A DNA stretch of 64,000 nucleotides from Lytechinus pictus. Taxonomy: Eukaryota. Of this stretch, positions 51,147-64,000 are shown in pieces. The stretch's first letter is position 1. Each line of letters begins with the position of its first letter. The notes beneath the pieces were generated by a model. It was not told where the DNA came from, made no database searches, and was given only the letters and a program-made list of their open reading frames with translations. Both the position numbers and the translations under genes were made by a program. Location: assembly GCF_037042905.1 (NCBI RefSeq), contig NC_087252.1:19966001-20030000 (forward strand), in the 5' to 3' direction.

Positions 51147-51335
51147 GTTCCGGTGTTGTAGAAGCTGCAGTGGTTTCCGGAGTGATTATCGGCGAAGTAA
51201 CTGGAGATGTTGCTGGTGAGGTTTCCGGAGATGTTTCTGGACTGGTTCCTGGCGTGGTGTCTGGAGTTGACTCTGGAGTTGTTTCTGGCATGGCGGGACC
51301 TGTTGCTTCGGTTGTTGTCCCTATAGTAGTTTCCA
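51147..51335 (-). CDS. Exon: mucin-like Thr/Ser/Pro stalk (ETTPESTPDTTPGTSPETSPETSPATSP...)
   Basis: 189 nt, phase 1-1, ttttcag/gtgaga; tetrapeptide repeats; lies in ORF 51130..51393. Confidence 0.88.
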
Positions 51336-51930
51336 CTGAAAATGCCAAAGGAAGAAAATAGCTTATGCACCCTTGTCTGAGTCTCCAGTGCATATAAATT
51401 TACACAGAAAATGGGTAAAAGTCATAGATTTGAATCTCGTTAATTAAATATCGAGCTGAGAAATTGCTATACCTAATATCGCCAACGCAGATATTACAGC
51501 AAATGTGGGACCATGTATTATCATTATTGCTTGAAAAAAGACCGGATACCTGGCTGGAACAAAACGCTTATTTAGTCAATTTCTCAATATCACTTTTTCC
51601 ACAACAATCGTTTCTTAATATATGAACAAGAGTTCCTTTTCCTATATTCTGTTTGAACCCATAGAATATCATCATTTTCTATTTAAAACAAGCAATACGG
51701 GCTTTGGAAAACCACTATATGTTTGTATTGTGTCTGTGGATTAATTCCACTCATTCATACCAAGCAACGATTTTTCATACCTCAAAGATCAGAAATAAAA
51801 TCTATTATTTTTTCACTGAAAATTAATTTGGCATGTTAAGAGTTAATCAGAGCTGTTCATTTTTATTTGCAATCACTATCAAACCTTTAGTGTCACTGTT
51901 ATGGATCCTACAATGTAGGTATAGGCTTAC

Positions 51931-51957
51931 CTGTTGTGGTCGCTTCTTCAATTACCA
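51931..51957 (-). CDS. 27-nt microexon (VVIEEATTT), linker
   Basis: cag acceptor after a pyrimidine tract, gtaagc donor; phase 1-1; Thr-rich like the next exon. Confidence 0.6.
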
Positions 51958-53851
51958 CTGTTTTGAACAAGCAGAAAGAGATGGAGAAAAGAGAAATAAA
52001 AGATTAATGAAAAAGGTGTCTTTGATCATGTGGCCCTAACATGGCCCTCTTAAAAGATATCTGTACAAGATCACTACCCAGTACATTCGTATTGCAATAA
52101 TTACAAGAATGTTACCAAGGGCCCGTTGCAGAAAGAGTTGCAATCAATCGCAACTCTAAAAATCAAGCGCAACTTGATTTTCAACCAATCAACAGCGCGC
52201 ATTTGGGACTTGCGATTGATTTTGTTTGCTTGCGCTTAAACGCAACTCTTTCTGCAACGGGTCCCTGGTAACAAAACAAGTACTTCCCCCCTCAAAACAT
52301 TTCAGTCTCCCTATACAAATCAACTTACATGTATAAGCCAATTTATTCTCCGTAGGCCTATCATTCATAGAGTACCGAAGTGTGACGTCATCAATTTTTT
52401 TCATGTCAGCGTTTTTTATACCACGTTTTGGTAGAGCAAGATGAACCCCCCCCCCCCCCAACCAAAATTTGGTGAGAATCGGTCCATGGGGCCCCAAGAT
52501 ATGACTTCATGAATACATGATTAACCCCATTGAAGGCGATGTATTATTGGCCTGGTTCTAAAAGTTAGGAACTGACTTCAACATGTTCAATGGGGATAAT
52601 TATGTAGTCATGAGGTCATTTCTAAGGCCCCCAAGGACCAATTACAACCAAATTTTGGTAGTGGGGTTTTTTCATCATGCTCTACCAAACTATGGTATAA
52701 AAAATTCTGAAATGCAAAAAAAAACTTGTTTTGGTGACATCACTTCGGTACTCTTTATGGCAACAGGTGGGTGTTTCATAAAGCTGTTCGTAGAGGTGAA
52801 TGACTTTACGCATGACTGGAACATGTTCTTAGGTCATAAATCAATTACATAGGGATATCACATAGCACAAGAAAGGATCACCAGTCGTGCCGAAAGTCAT
52901 TCGTATCTTACGAACAGCTTTATGAAACACACACAGGACAATTTTAATACTTAATGTAGCTATTCATAACACATAAGAAGTTCGTGAATGAGAGACCACT
53001 CACAGAGTCGGTCAGTTCCCTTTTGGTAACATTTAGCCTTGGGGCCCACTTCCACAAAGACTTGTTATAATAACAAATGCAGTTTCTATAATATCAATAA
53101 TAAAAATAATATTAAACCTAATGATAATAATAATGATAATAATAATATGCAACATTTATATAGCACTTAATACAAATGTTTTCTAAGCACTGCATACTAT
53201 TACCCCAGCTTTAGCACGGCTAACCTAATCGGACGCTCGAGCATTCAAGGAATTCCTTCCTAATGGGTACCAATTTACTACACCTGGGTGGAATGTGGCA
53301 AATGTAGATAAGCCCCTTGCCAAAGGATGTGAGTGTTGTGGTGGGATTTGAACCCTGGACCTTGTGGTTCAAAGTAAGGAGACTTATCCACTGAGCCACA
53401 ATATCAGCAAATCAAATTACATGATTTCAGTAGCTATCATTGCAAATGTGCAACTATCATTGCAAATTTGTTATCAAAACAAATTTTATGAATTAGAATA
53501 ATACATGAAACTGTCTCCAAGTGACTGTAAAAGGTTTTTCATTATGAATCCAAGGACTGGCGTTTGCTGAAAAAGCATTTAGATCTATGGAATTGCCAAA
53601 ATGAGGTTTTATTTTCAAATTGACTTGATTCTTCCAAAGGTCCTACGTACTGAACGAGGATAAGCATGACACAGGGCTACATCTGAACAGTTACTTGAAA
53701 AGCAACCCTTTTGCAGAGCACAATTTGTTTAATATTCTTCCACAATAACATGAACACGTTTTGATAACTCATGATTATTTTAATCTTTACCAAAATTGTT
53801 TTCAAGATGTCCTTTACATCTGAATTCTGAATATTAGGATCAATAACATCA

Positions 53852-54100
53852 CCGGTGTGTTGGCTCAGTTGTTAGAGCGTCCGTCTCACAACCGGGAGGT
53901 CGGGGGTTCAAACCCCGGCCGCGTCAGACCAAAAGACATTAAAAGATGGGAGTTGCTGCTACCCTGTTTGGCATTAAACGATTAAAGGGATAGAGTCTCG
54001 TCGATCTGGCGCTGCACAGCGGCTGCCGGGCCCACGATCAGTTGGGCAAAGCAAATTTTCGGAGTATTTCATTTCATGTCTATTTCGAACAATAAATATG
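53852..54100 (+). mobile_element. tRNA-derived SINE (split copy at 30748..30882 plus 32657..32790)
   Basis: Pol III A box TGGCTCAGTTG and B box GGTTCAAACC, followed by a shared non-tRNA body. Confidence 0.8.
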
Positions 54101-54328
54101 GATATATGGGACTACACAAACATGTCGGCCTGATTGTTTCAGCCATTCTTTAAAGTATAAGTTGAGAATTATGGCATTTAAGAGCATGTAATGGACCATT
54201 TTCTGTGATTTTCTCCATAAATATGAAAACTGTTTAAAGACACATAACAGATCTGTTCTTCTTCAGCACATCTGTAATATTTCTTTTTTAATTAACTTAA
54301 AAAGGGGAAATAATAGAGAAGCGGTTAC

Positions 54329-54504
54329 CGTCAGACAATTCAACTGCAGCATTTTGAATTGAAAGACCCGCTGTGAGTAGGCTGACTAATTCCTGACCAA
54401 TGACATCAGCAAGGGCATCAGTTCCACCATCGTTTAGAACGACAACGAGTGGATCCGGTAATGCATTAAACGTTATCACAAGGACAGCCACAATACTTCC
54501 AGGC
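54329..54504 (-). CDS. Exon: SEA domain C-terminal part (PGSIVAVLVITFNALPDP...AAVELSD)
   Basis: cag acceptor, gtaacc donor; 176 nt; G-S-I-V-A matches the SEA autoproteolysis motif. Confidence 0.85.
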
Positions 54505-55034
54505 CTGCATGTAACAATAGTTTATTGAAAAAAATATGAAAATAAAAGCTATATAAATTATCATATATTAGTGTCTTGTGATTGAGATCTAATGAATTTA
54601 TCATTTTGTTTCTTTGGTTTCATGCCATTAGGATACCACTAAACTTAAAATATGAGTTCATCTATGAATTTAGACTTTCATCATTACTCAAATATAGACA
54701 GTGATTTTGTGTTTAAAAATAAATTACTCTTCCTGAAAACCTGCAAATCCTTTTCAAATTTGATCTAAAATGGAAATTCTGTTTTGTCATAGAAAATGAG
54801 CATAGCATAATACATGAATTCTGCTTTGCTAGGGTACATGTAAATTCAATTAATATTTTGAATGAAAAGTAAAGAAACAAAGCAGAATTCTATCTTTATT
54901 AACAGATCTATGTATTAAATGGAAATTAAATCACTGTCCCTACTCAAATGTAAGTTAGTTGCTGTTGTTGCTCTTTTCAATAAAGTTATTGCTGAATACT
55001 AATTTTTTACTACTGCTATAATTCAATGAATTAC

Positions 55035-55096
55035 CTGAATGCCACAACAGTTGTATTTCCATCAGCGTAGTATCCATTCTGCAGGAGTCCATTTAT
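55035..55096 (-). CDS. Exon: SEA domain part (INGLLQNGYYADGNTTVVAF-R)
   Basis: tag acceptor, gtaatt donor; 62 nt; joins the next exon to give FRPGSIVA. Confidence 0.8.
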
Positions 55097-56689
55097 CTAA
55101 ATTAATAAAAAGGAGCAATACCATTTTTTTCAAAAACCTCAAAAAGCATTAGGGGATGGGTGTTGTATGTCAATACTGTGGAAAATTAAACTGCAACTCT
55201 CCACTTAGCCACAAAAAGTAATGTAATATGTAGATCTATCACATATAATCGTAGCGACTTCGTGCACTTTAACTTTGAAACACCTCCATCCAGCACCCGA
55301 CCGCTTTATAGGGAGCGCGAGTTGCCCGCTCTGTGTTAGCACACTCGCATGCACTCATCCCCCCCCTGTCCCCAAAATTAAATTCTGGCTATTGATCTGT
55401 TATGCCTCAATATATTGATCCACGTGCACAGACTACAGGTACGGCATAATTTTGCCGTCATTGGCTCATGGCATCATGCACACATTATTCAGTCATTAAA
55501 ACTCTAAATCCAATGAGACAATGTGATCACTCGCATTATATCTCGCTACCTTACTATAAGTGTAAGTCTGTCAATGTAACCCAGTCCCAAGCCATACTCA
55601 GTCTTAATTTTATGACAGGTTATAGACTACAAGCTTCAGTCTCTGTTATACTTGTTCCGCTGAACTCAGTTGGCTCCATTTACAGAGACCAAAGTTCTAA
55701 CTCTATCTGTACAGGGACTCAATGGCCATATGTTTATGTATTAAGTTTGGATAAACCAGGGAAGTGGGAGTTGCGCGACAGCCGGTGTAAGTCACTTTTT
55801 TTCTCTCTCTATTTTGGTCAAGTTCTTTTTATATAGAGTAACTGCATCTGTGCGCGGCCAGGGGTTGGTGTGTGTGCGTGCGTTCACCAGACTCGGCAGT
55901 ATTCTACTGAAATCATTAACACTCTTAAGGGGTGCATTTTCAGAATATGGAAAATACGTGTTTAGGGTGCTTTCTGAGACTTCATGGTCGCGCATGGAAT
56001 CCACTCGTCAATGGAAGTGGCCCCCCCCCCCGGACAAAATCTCGGATAAAAAGGTATATTTTCATACCTAAATCACCATATCTCGCGTCAAAATTATCAC
56101 CATCGGTACTTCTTAACATCGTAGTTAAAAAACAAGGGGTCTAAAAAAGTGGATTTTTCACGGTTTTCCTGATGTTCGTGGATTTTGAAAACATGTCCTC
56201 ACTTAAAATTGGCACTTTCGCGAGCAAATGTTGGCCGCCATTTTTTACAGGAAGTCGATGCTAAGATCGAAAAAATAATAAAAAACATGAAAAATACGAC
56301 AACAGCTGCTCAAAATGTAGTGCCCTAAGTGCGGCCGTTGCGTGTACGCTCGCTATTTTCACATGCGTTTGCAATGGAACTGCGCACTTAGCAGCGTTCG
56401 CGCGCCGTTTAGAGGTGGATTGCAGCTGCCTCATGGAGCTTGCGGAAGCGCCATAGGAATTGTACGTCGTACCGCGCACCGGAGATAGGGTGGCCGCACA
56501 CAGAAGAATGTTATTGCTATCGCGGTCAGAAGTGGTGGTCAATCTTGACCAACCCGATTGCTATCGGCCAATATTCATGATGAAAAAAGTAAGTACCATC
56601 AGTCTTATTCTTTTAAGCGGCCGCACACCGGCGCAGGCACTAATCCTACGAACGAGGTTATATAGCCAATATAACCTCGTTCTCGTATT

Positions 56690-57135
56690 TTGGACAACCT
56701 GAATCGGGTTAAGTTAGCTATGGAACGTAGATTACGTGATATTGATTATCAAAACTGGAATGAAGAAGTTAATAGAAATCATTTGTGTTTCAACTATAGA
56801 ATTTTTAAAAAAGAAACAGTTTTAGAAAAATATTTGTTGAAGTTGGATGTAAATTTCGATGTGGTAACCATAATCTGCCAATTGCTAAATGTCGTTATTC
56901 ATCTGATCAACCTCTTGAAATATGTCCATTGTGTAACCTTGAAGTTCAGGGTGATGAATTTCATTAAGTTTTAGTATGTCCGTTTTTCAATGATGAGCGT
57001 AAGAAGTATGTTAAGACTTATTATTACCGTAGACCTAATGTCATTAAGTTTAATCAGCTATTCAATGTTAAATCTATTAAGCACTTAAAGAATCTATCCA
57101 AATTTTGTAAAGTCATCATGTCCAAGTTCAAATAA
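56690..57135 (+). mobile_element. Non-LTR retrotransposon ORF2 3' remnant
   Basis: Frameshifted ...YRIFKKETVLEKYL / FRCGNHNLPI...ICPLCNLEVQGDEFH*VLVCPFFNDERKKY; C-terminal CCHC motif with an in-frame stop. Confidence 0.75.
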
Positions 57136-57399
57136 TTTTGTTGTATTTCCTTTTTTCATGCACTTCCAGTTGTTGAAGTGGTATTTTTAAAATTAATGTA
57201 CACATGTACGTAGTTCTGACTATTTTTATGCCATTTTATTAGTCCATATATTTTATTTTCGATTCTTGCCTTTTACCTGTTTGTTGTAAGAGTCTGATAT
57301 TTTAAGCTTTTGTTATGTTTAAACTTTTTTATGTATATCTATATTTGTTGTGACACTATTGTTTTTCTTCCATGCCCCTGAAGGGGCCGTATAAGAAAT

Positions 57400-58357
57400 A
57401 ACAAGTGGAATGCCTCTGGCCGTCTCACCTGCATCACGCGATTCAATATAGCAGCGGTGCTGATTTTGAAAACTACTGTAACTCGCACAAGATGTTCAGT
57501 GATACTTGGTTACTCGTATTTCCACGTTTTATGAACTAGACCAATACACTTATAGAGATATGATGGCAATTCAACAAATACCCCCAACGTGGCCAAAGTT
57601 CTTTGACCTTACATGACCTTTGACCTTGATCATGTGACCTGAAACTCGCACAGGATGTTCAGTGATACTTGATTACTCTTATGTCCAAGTTTTATGAACT
57701 AGACCAACACACTTTCAAATTTATGGCTGTAATTCAACAAATACCCCAATTTGGCCAAAGTTCATTGACCCTAAATGACCTTTGACCTTGATCATGTGAC
57801 CTGAAACTTGCACAGGATGTTCAGTAATACTTGATTACTATTATGTCCAAGTTTCATGAATCAGATCCATAAACTTTCAAAGTTATGATGGTAATTCAAC
57901 AGATACCCCCAATTCGGCCAAAGTTCATTGACCCTAAATGACCTTTGACCTTGGTCATGTGACGTGAAACTCATGCAGGATGTTCAGTGATACTTGATTA
58001 ACCTTATGTATAAGTTTCATGAACTAGGTCCATATATTTTCTAAGTTATGATGACATTTCAAAAACTTAACCTTAGGTTAAGATTTTGATGTTGATTCCC
58101 CCAACATGGTCTAAGTTCATTGACCCTAAATGACCTTTGACCTTGGTCATGTGACATGAAACTCAGGCAGGATGTTCAGTAATACTTGATTAACCTTATG
58201 GGTAAGTTTCATGAACTAGGTCCATATACTTTCTAAGTTATGCTGTCATTTCAAAAACTTAACCTCAGGTTAAGATTTGGTGTTGACGCCGCCGCCGCCG
58301 TCGCCGTCGGAAAAGCGGCGCCTATAGTCTCACTCTGCTATGCAGGTGAGACAAAAA
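57400..58357 (-). mobile_element. Helentron/DINE-1-like element
   Basis: Near-identical to 29410..30361. Confidence 0.75.
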
Positions 58358-61300
58358 TCACTGTATCACTGGGTGTATACCGCGGCATGGTAAAAAAAAC
58401 ATCAACTATTTTCCTTCCCATCCCTCACCCCAATTATCACGACCTTATCGAACTAGATCAAGTGTGATACTTGACATAACTTTATATTAGAAAGTTAATC
58501 TAATTGCTGAAAATCATATGAAAAATGAATAAAAACTCACCGATTTTTCCACCTCCGGTGACCGTCACTACTCTTAGTTCGTTCATTGGTGTTTGATCGT
58601 GACAAATCGAAAAAGAAAAAAATATCACAAAGCCATAGAGGTTCATCCACCCGGGTCGACGAAACACTATACTCGTGATGCATTCTGGTAAACATGTCTC
58701 GATAGTCTCGACAGATTGGCAATTTTGTTTCGTCTAGATAAACGTGTTTAAAATTAAAGAATAAAAAAGTCCAAATGGCTAATTTTTTGGCTTATCTATA
58801 ATATTTCTATATATCCAGAGCATCATTTGTCTGCTTTCCTCTTCCCTTAATTACCCTTTCTTTCTTTTTTCTTCCGAGCGTAAATGAGTTTCTTTTGATT
58901 TCTTCCTTTATTCTCTGACTTTGTTCTTTTTTTCTTTATTTCTTTAGGGGGAACTCTCCCCTCCTGAAATTTAAGGGGTATTGTATGTGTACCCACCTGT
59001 GAGAATAATTCTTGTGTAAAAAAAAAATTGTGAACAAAATATTGAGTGTCAGGTGAGAAAAATATATTATGCTTCACCGGAAACAGGTAAGACTAAGAGC
59101 TTATGCAGCTCTGTGGTCGCCACTGTTCAGTGGGTAGATTTCTTTTATTCAGCACAAGAGGGCGTGTTGAGTTACTTACGTAGGAGACTATGTTAAGACT
59201 ATGGGCCAGACGAGAATGAGGAAAATTTCCTGATGATTTTATCCGATTTTGAAACCAATCTTTACTTCGAGGACGATATTTCACTCACTGGACATTGGAA
59301 TCCTGTTTAACTTTAAGTAGAACCAAAATCACTCTAGGCACCAAGGCTATTAATTCCTGTGTTAAAAAAGTGAGTGCACGCGAATTAAATGTTGGACTTA
59401 AATTACTAGATCTTACCATGGAGCTCCATGACGAAATCTATTCTTAAATTAGACTCTAGATATTACTAAATGGAAAAAATGTATAGATAGTACTCGCCTG
59501 GTCTTTTCTTGGGGTATTGAAGCCTTTTTTTCCAGAACTTGCTCAACTTTTGCGGCAAATTTTGTCGCCATAGGGTTGTGCACATTCTCGTTTAATACTG
59601 GTTGTCACGTGACACGGCAATGTCGTTAGGCTGTTTGGCCTGTATTCAAGGCGTTCTATCCGTTATGATTTTATATTGAATGAAGCAAATTCCATCAGGT
59701 ATAGGCCCCTATCAAGTCAAAATCGATACAGGGATCGAGAGGGGGGGGGGGGGTGGAGCCAAAAATTTCCCAGTCACATGGTATGAAAATGATATTTGTT
59801 ATGATTGTCCACGATCATTAGGGCAAACCCGTGTGTGGCAGTACGGTAGCGTGATGAGTAAAAAAAAATAAAATAAAAGAAAGAAAGAGGGCCAATGTAG
59901 GCATACATGGCGCGTGGGAATAAAGTTGCTTTATATGTTCCAAGCGAGTGAAGCAAGCGAGAAAAATACTTTTCGTGCAAATCTAAATTTGAGATAGATA
60001 TCTTAACTTACACTTTTCCTTTTCTTTTCATTAATTCCCTTCATTTCTTTTTTATCTTGGTTGTAGAACTTTCGGGGGCCCCTGGGCCTAACCCTTCCAT
60101 CGTGTACCCCCAGTGCAATATCAGCAGGTGGGTCTCGATAACTCTGGATATTTAGCAATTAGACCTATTTATAGAAAAACATAACGTTAATGTTTTGACC
60201 CCTTCCCCCCAAAAAAAGGAAAAACAATTATAAACTAAGTTATATACATCCCCCTTTTCTCATTTCGCTTTTTATTTTCTCTATTCCCTCCTTATTTTTT
60301 TTGGGGGGGAGGGACCTTTTCGGGGGGCACCGCCCCTAGCTACGCGCCTACCAGATGAAGAGGCGGAATTATTCTTGCATGCATTTTTCTTTCCTTTTGC
60401 TTTTTTATGGCCTTTTATTTCTCTTCCCTTTCTCTTTCTGTCTTTCTTTCTTTCTTTCTTTTCCTTCCTTCATTTCTTTTCTCTTATCCCGTTTTTTTTT
60501 GGTGAAATCCACTGGACCGGGGATCAAGGGCCAGCCTGCATGCCCCCAGCGGTTTACGCCTCTGCCGTGGATGTAAGCTATATATACGCATGATCTTAAT
60601 CTTCATTATGATTCAAACTATATAGAGGCGCATCCAAGATTTTCCAAATTAAGTAGGGGGCGGGGTGAATTTTCTCAAGTAAAATTTGACAACTCCCAAA
60701 AAAGGTTCTTACTAAAAAAAAAAAAAAACGGTCATTATATTGTCTCGCGTAAAGTTTGACAAGTTAAAAAAAAATGGTCACTCAAAATGAAAGTCATTTT
60801 GTCCGCGTAATATTTGGCAAGCCCCCCCCCCCCCCCCACAAAAATAAGAAAAGGGAAAGTCATTTTGTCCACGTGATATTTGGCAACCCACCCCCCCAAA
60901 AAAAAAAAAAAAAAAAAAAAAAGGTTTTAACTGTAGCAATGATCGAAGGTCATTTTGTCTCGCGTAAAATTTGACAATTTTGTTATAAAGTTGTCACTAA
61001 AAAGGTCATTTTTTCCACCATTGATTATATTTGGCAAGCCCCCAACCCCCACCCCCATAAAAAAGTTTGTCCCTAAAAGTGATGTATAGAAAGTCATATT
61101 GTTAATTTGTTCCCAGTAAAATTTTGAATTTGGCAATAAAAAAAAAGGCAAAAAAGAGAAACGAATATGAACAAAATATCCCCATTACAAATAATGCTGT
61201 ACGTGATTCTCATGAGGGGGGGGGGGCACATAACTAGTATTAACAACATATTTAATTCCAAAATGTTTACTATAAATCTCAAAAGGGGGAACGGGAAGAA

Positions 61301-61760
61301 ATGATCACCCCAACCCCCCCCCCTCCTCCCCCCCCCCCCCGCCACTGATTCCAATCAATAATGACTTTTCTCTGCAATACTAATGCTTTGAAATCAAGAT
61401 ACTGAAGATTGATACGCTTAACATAAATTATGAACGTCTGACAAAAAGATAACCAACCGATCACCTGACCGATCAGCTGACCAGTACGCGTATCACTTCG
61501 GAGTTGATCACTCGTCGCAGGTGTGTGGAACGCTCACCGAAAATCAACAAAAAGGGCCTGAAATGTAAGTTTAACAATAATCCATTTTAATTTCAACTAT
61601 TTTTAGAACTTACTCAATTAAATGCGACCAAATAAAAGTTATATCTTAACACTGCAACTTGTATTAATGCGTACATTTACCAAAGTCTTGGGTTGGAAAT
61701 CAGAACAGCATTGTCCACCCCATAATTTGGGTAATGTCGCCTATGAGGTCCTTACATGTT

Positions 61761-62418
61761 CATGACGAAAAACCTCCATTTGATAACACTATACCCCTAT
61801 TTCCCTCCGCATCAATTCTCTTCTCCAAGTACAACAAACCCTTAGTTACTGCCCCAAGCAGTATCAAAACACCTGTGTCTTGACCTCGGTCCGAAGATAA
61901 CAACAGCCCAGCATATACAGTCACAGTAGGGGGCCACACAAAATGGATATATGGCAGTGCATAGAGCATAATAGCTCTATGCATAGAGCTCTATGGGCAA
62001 TGTGTGAGCGCGGTAGCATCCCTGCAAACCATGTCGTCATTTTATCCCCCTACTTTCCTAATTTCGAGGTCGATTTTCTTCGTTCGAAATTGAAAATGGG
62101 CTAACATTGGATTTATGAATACAATATGCCTTTGAAAACGTGATTAAATATCGTATACAATAATTTCATTCCGAAGGTCCTACTACAGGCAGAGAAGTCT
62201 TACGTAATAGCACAGCTGTTGTTTATCATTTCGTCCTTGGCTCAACGCTCATAATCTGGCCTGTGGAGGAGAAATTGAGACAGCGGGATTACCTGGCCAA
62301 TCAGGGTTGATCGGCGCTTGGAAATGATTTTTTCAAATTCCAAACAGAAAAAGGGGTATAGAACCGCAGTTTGCAATCTGAACTGCGGTCTTTCTCCAAA
62401 CGGGGGTTTGACGTAATG
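61761..62418 (-). repeat. Unclassified interspersed repeat (inverted copy of 2009..2643)
   Basis: Reverse-complement match along its length. Confidence 0.85.
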
Positions 62419-63362
62419 TAATGTTTGGACCTCATTGGTACTAGGACTCAGGAGTGAACCAAAATCTACATTTGGGTCAACACAAGATTTCAAGAATTGG
62501 TAAGTCAGACTCTTAAGTTTTACTTCGTGCGTTCCAATTGAAAAAAAATAGACCGGAAGCTGCACTGGTCTCAGAACAGTCCCACCCCGTACCTTTTCCT
62601 GTATGGCGAATGGTCGGGGTGAACCAGTGGGCGCAGGTTCTCTAATTTTATGAAATTAAAGACAAAAATGGATGAGCCCCATCATCAGGCCAGGGCCAGG
62701 ATTTTGCACTGTTAACCCTCTAATGGCGGCTGCACGTTTTCGTACCATCTGTGTACGAAGAAAAATTTGAAATGTTAAAAAACTCCTTAAAACAGACGGC
62801 CAGCTGTCTAACATTAACTGTTAGACTTAACAAGTTAGAGATCGAGGTTAGTGCCAGTGGATTGAAGCGTGACCGTGGATGACAAACAAAAAATTCAACA
62901 GGTGGGACTGGACAGTCAAAACAATACTAGAACTAACTCTTTTCCCGAGCAGAATATGACAAAGATTCTACGTTTGGCTAATCAACGTTTATATCTACTT
63001 ACCGGTACATACACTTGTTTCATCTGCAGACATTTCACCGAAATAAAGTTAGGAATAAAGTTATCGGTAATCAACTTTTATAACCACATGCATTGCAAGG
63101 CCCAAAGCCAAGGCAATACTTCGTGAGTGCTATATTTTTCATTGCATCACGCACGCCACGGCCACGCCTACATCACCAAATAATTGACCAATCAAAGCTA
63201 AGAATTTTTCACACGAATTCTGATTGTACGAAAGTTTGCAAGCTATGGCAACAGCAACGGGGCGGCGCGATAGCTACGAACTACCCCCTCCTCATCCGCA
63301 TATTTTGCACCACGGAATTCTTTTCTTTTTTTGTCCTTTTTCCAAGGTAATTCAGGCTAGAC

Positions 63363-63707
63363 CAGTGGCGTACATAGGATTTTCCACAGGGGGGGGGGGG
63401 GGGGGGGCCAAAAAATTTTACAAGCAAAAAAAAAAAAGGTCTTCAACCACAGATGAAGGATATCGTCCGCCAAAATAACAAAAAACTTGACAAGCAAAAA
63501 AAAATAAAAATAAAGGTCTTCAACCACAAATAAAGGATTTCGTACCAGAAAAAAATTTGACAAGCAAAAAAAATAAAATAAAAAAAACATTAAAAAAGCA
63601 GTCTTCAAGAATCGTCAGGGGGGGGGGCAGGGATATGTCCCTTGCATGGGTTGTGACTCGTCAGGGGGGCAGTCTGCCCCCTCTGCCCCCCCGTAGGTAC
63701 GCTAGTG
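63363..63707. mobile_element. hAT-like MITE
   Basis: CAGTGGCGTAC...GTACGCTAGTG; 8-bp TSD ggctagac/ggcttgac. Confidence 0.7.
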
Positions 63708-63763
63708 GGCTTGACCCTAGGGTCAAGGGTTTTGTGGGTTTTCTTTTTGCTTGTAAAACATAT

Positions 63764-64000
63764 TTAAAGGACAAGTCCGCCCAAACAAAAAATTGATTCG
63801 AATAAAAAGAGAAAAATCCAATAAGCATAACACTGAAAATTTCATCAAAATCGGATGTAAAATAAGAAAGTACGACATTTCAAAGTTTCACGTAATTTCA
63901 CAAAACAGTTATATTCACATCCGTGTCGGTATGCAAATGAGAAGACTGATGACATCACTCACTCACTATTTCTTTGTATTTTATTATTTGAAATATTCAA
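63764..64000. mobile_element. Kolobok/T2-like MITE (family A), cut by window end
   Basis: TTAA-AGGACAAGTCC start; internal sequence matches 4..240. Confidence 0.8.

Larger units (their letters stand above)
2762..55096 (-). other. Partial multi-exon gene for a mosaic SEA / mucin / LDLa x11 / CUB x3 / CUB-like x2 extracellular protein; neither end found in window
   Basis: 25 exons with canonical AG/GT ends and compatible phases join into an uninterrupted frame of about 1187 codons. Domain boundaries are all phase 1. The order resembles stems of type II transmembrane serine proteases or LDLa/CUB receptors, but no catalytic or TM segment was seen. Confidence 0.88.

Noticed and set aside
53852..53925. 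tRNA gene (also 33019..33091 and 30748..30820)
   Set aside because: Stems are imperfect and each continues into a SINE-like body; these are SINE heads.
58541..58600. Candidate upstream exon with a GTGAGT donor (MNELRVVTVTGGGKI)
   Set aside because: Phase does not fit exon 55096, and there is no clear acceptor or SEA/TM-like sequence. It could be a UTR exon or a repeat.
59289..59302. Possible 14-nt microexon between AG and GTGAGT
   Set aside because: No recognisable peptide or supporting neighbour exon; likely a chance match.
62869..63030. Possible RT remnant (KILRLANQRLYLL)
   Set aside because: Motif too short and degraded to call.

Overview
AT-rich, intron-rich animal DNA; the repeat and domain content suggests an echinoderm such as a sea urchin (inference). 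It holds no prokaryotic genes and no CRISPR array. One large minus-strand gene spans most of the window. I reconstructed 25 GT-AG exons by hand (55096 down to 2762; 3562 nt, about 1187 codons, frame open throughout). They encode part of a mosaic extracellular protein: SEA (with a MUC1-like FRPG|SIVA motif), a mucin-like T/S/P stalk, LDLa, Cys-free CUB-like, LDLa x3, Cys-free CUB-like, LDLa, three cubilin-like CUBs, then LDLa x6. I found neither the start nor the end of the gene in the window. Introns are packed with non-autonomous elements: Kolobok/T2-like and piggyBac-like TTAA MITEs, hAT, Tc1/mariner, Harbinger and MULE-like MITEs, Helentron/DINE-like elements, tRNA-derived SINEs and LINE remnants. 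Main highlights: (1) dense TA-CATG-TA-type transposon excision footprints, visible by comparing duplicated copies; (2) a 68-bp minisatellite made of copies of a splice acceptor; (3) a three-CUB block resembling cubilin CUB18-20; (4) a 6-7 kb two-exon duplication with a breakpoint inside a MITE; (5) a twin LDLa exon 36 nt from its partner with a mutated donor. Most entries in the ORF track are spurious.
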